From positions 34,416,187 to 34,480,186 of the forward strand of contig NC_068998.1 in NCBI RefSeq assembly GCF_001194135.2: 64,000 nucleotides of DNA. The letters are read 5' to 3'. A model generated the notes under the pieces. It worked only from the letters and a program-made list of their open reading frames with translations. It had not been told where the DNA came from and did not search any database. A program made the position numbers and the translations under genes. This DNA is from Octopus bimaculoides (Eukaryota). Shown in pieces: positions 63,340-64,000 of this stretch (positions are counted from its first letter, which is position 1; each line of letters starts with the position of its first letter).

Positions 63340-63715
63340 TGTTTACATAATCATAAGTACTCCTTCAGGAATCTCAAATACTGATCCTTGGAATAGTTAA
63401 TTAGATTGTGTGAATCAGTCTGCTCAGTTTTTGTCTGTTTTTATGAGTGTGAATCCCAGTATTTCCATATTTTTGTTTGTTTGTTTGTTTTTTTTGGTGG
63501 GGGGGTATGCTGATCTGTTATGTAGCCCAGCACACCTATGACAATAAATGCAAATGAAAATCTATAGCCAGGATATCTGATCAGTAGATTTCTCGTAAGT
63601 TCTTCATAGATGTTCTTCTTTACCTTAAATGATGACATTCTTGTCTGCCAGGCAGACTAATCTCTACAGTAGTGCATGATTTTTGTTCACTGTCCCATGC
63701 AACAATAACTGGCCT
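63340..63715 (-). mobile_element. RLE-type (R4/Dong-like) LINE, endonuclease end
   Basis: NRPVIVAWDSEQKSCTTVEIS...YEELTRNLLIRYPGYRFSFAFIVIGVLGYI. Confidence 0.8.
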
Positions 63716-63779
63716 GTTATACATACACACACATACATACACACATGAGAGGGTGTACAAACATACAAACATAAAAACA

Positions 63780-63803
63780 CATTATTTATGGGATGACCCA
63801 ATA
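63780..63803. mobile_element. Solo mariner TIR of the 21222-22353 family
   Basis: cattatttatgggatgacccaata differs by one base from cattatttgtgggatgacccaata at 22330-22353. Confidence 0.7.
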
Positions 63804-64000
63804 TATGCATATATATATATATATATGATACAGATAAGAAAATAATTTTATTCTCAAACGCAGACTAATGCTAATAATATAGTATGAACAGGATAAACTA
63901 CATTTGAGAATAAAATTATTTCCATATCTGTATCTTTCTATACATCTCAATGCTTCTAAAGCAAACTTTCTTTCTTGGCTTTCAACGTAAGTTGAATTTT

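Noticed and set aside
63962-63986. Plus-strand 25-nt exon candidate (ctaaag|...aac|gtaagt)
   Set aside because: Weak AAG acceptor, no supporting neighbours; expected by chance in AT-rich DNA.

Overview
AT-rich animal non-coding DNA, most likely an octopus/coleoid cephalopod genome. This is inferred from repeat families I recognise from memory, the extreme (TA)n/(CA)n/(TATG)n/(ATT)n load and ten scaffold N-gaps. No intact multi-exon protein-coding gene is visible, and nearly all listed ORFs are microsatellite, gap or antisense artefacts. The window is dominated by decayed mobile elements: seven fragments of RLE-type (R4/Dong-like) non-LTR retrotransposons (one near full length), five RTE LINE pieces (two with a PHD-like C4HC3 insert in the RT), a CR1/L2 LINE end, Penelope-like elements, a Gypsy pol remnant, four mariners, a Tc1, a hAT and many tRNA-derived SINEs. 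Best leads: a candidate 10/6-nt microexon on the minus strand (44302-44311), a two-copy foldback element with ~480-bp TIRs sitting in (TA)n, modular SINEs with a microsatellite hinge, and an unassigned coding-like island near 55.5-55.9 kb. I found no evidence for a complete novel multi-gene system. Boundaries of decayed elements are approximate (tens of bp), and family assignments come from manual translation, not database searches.
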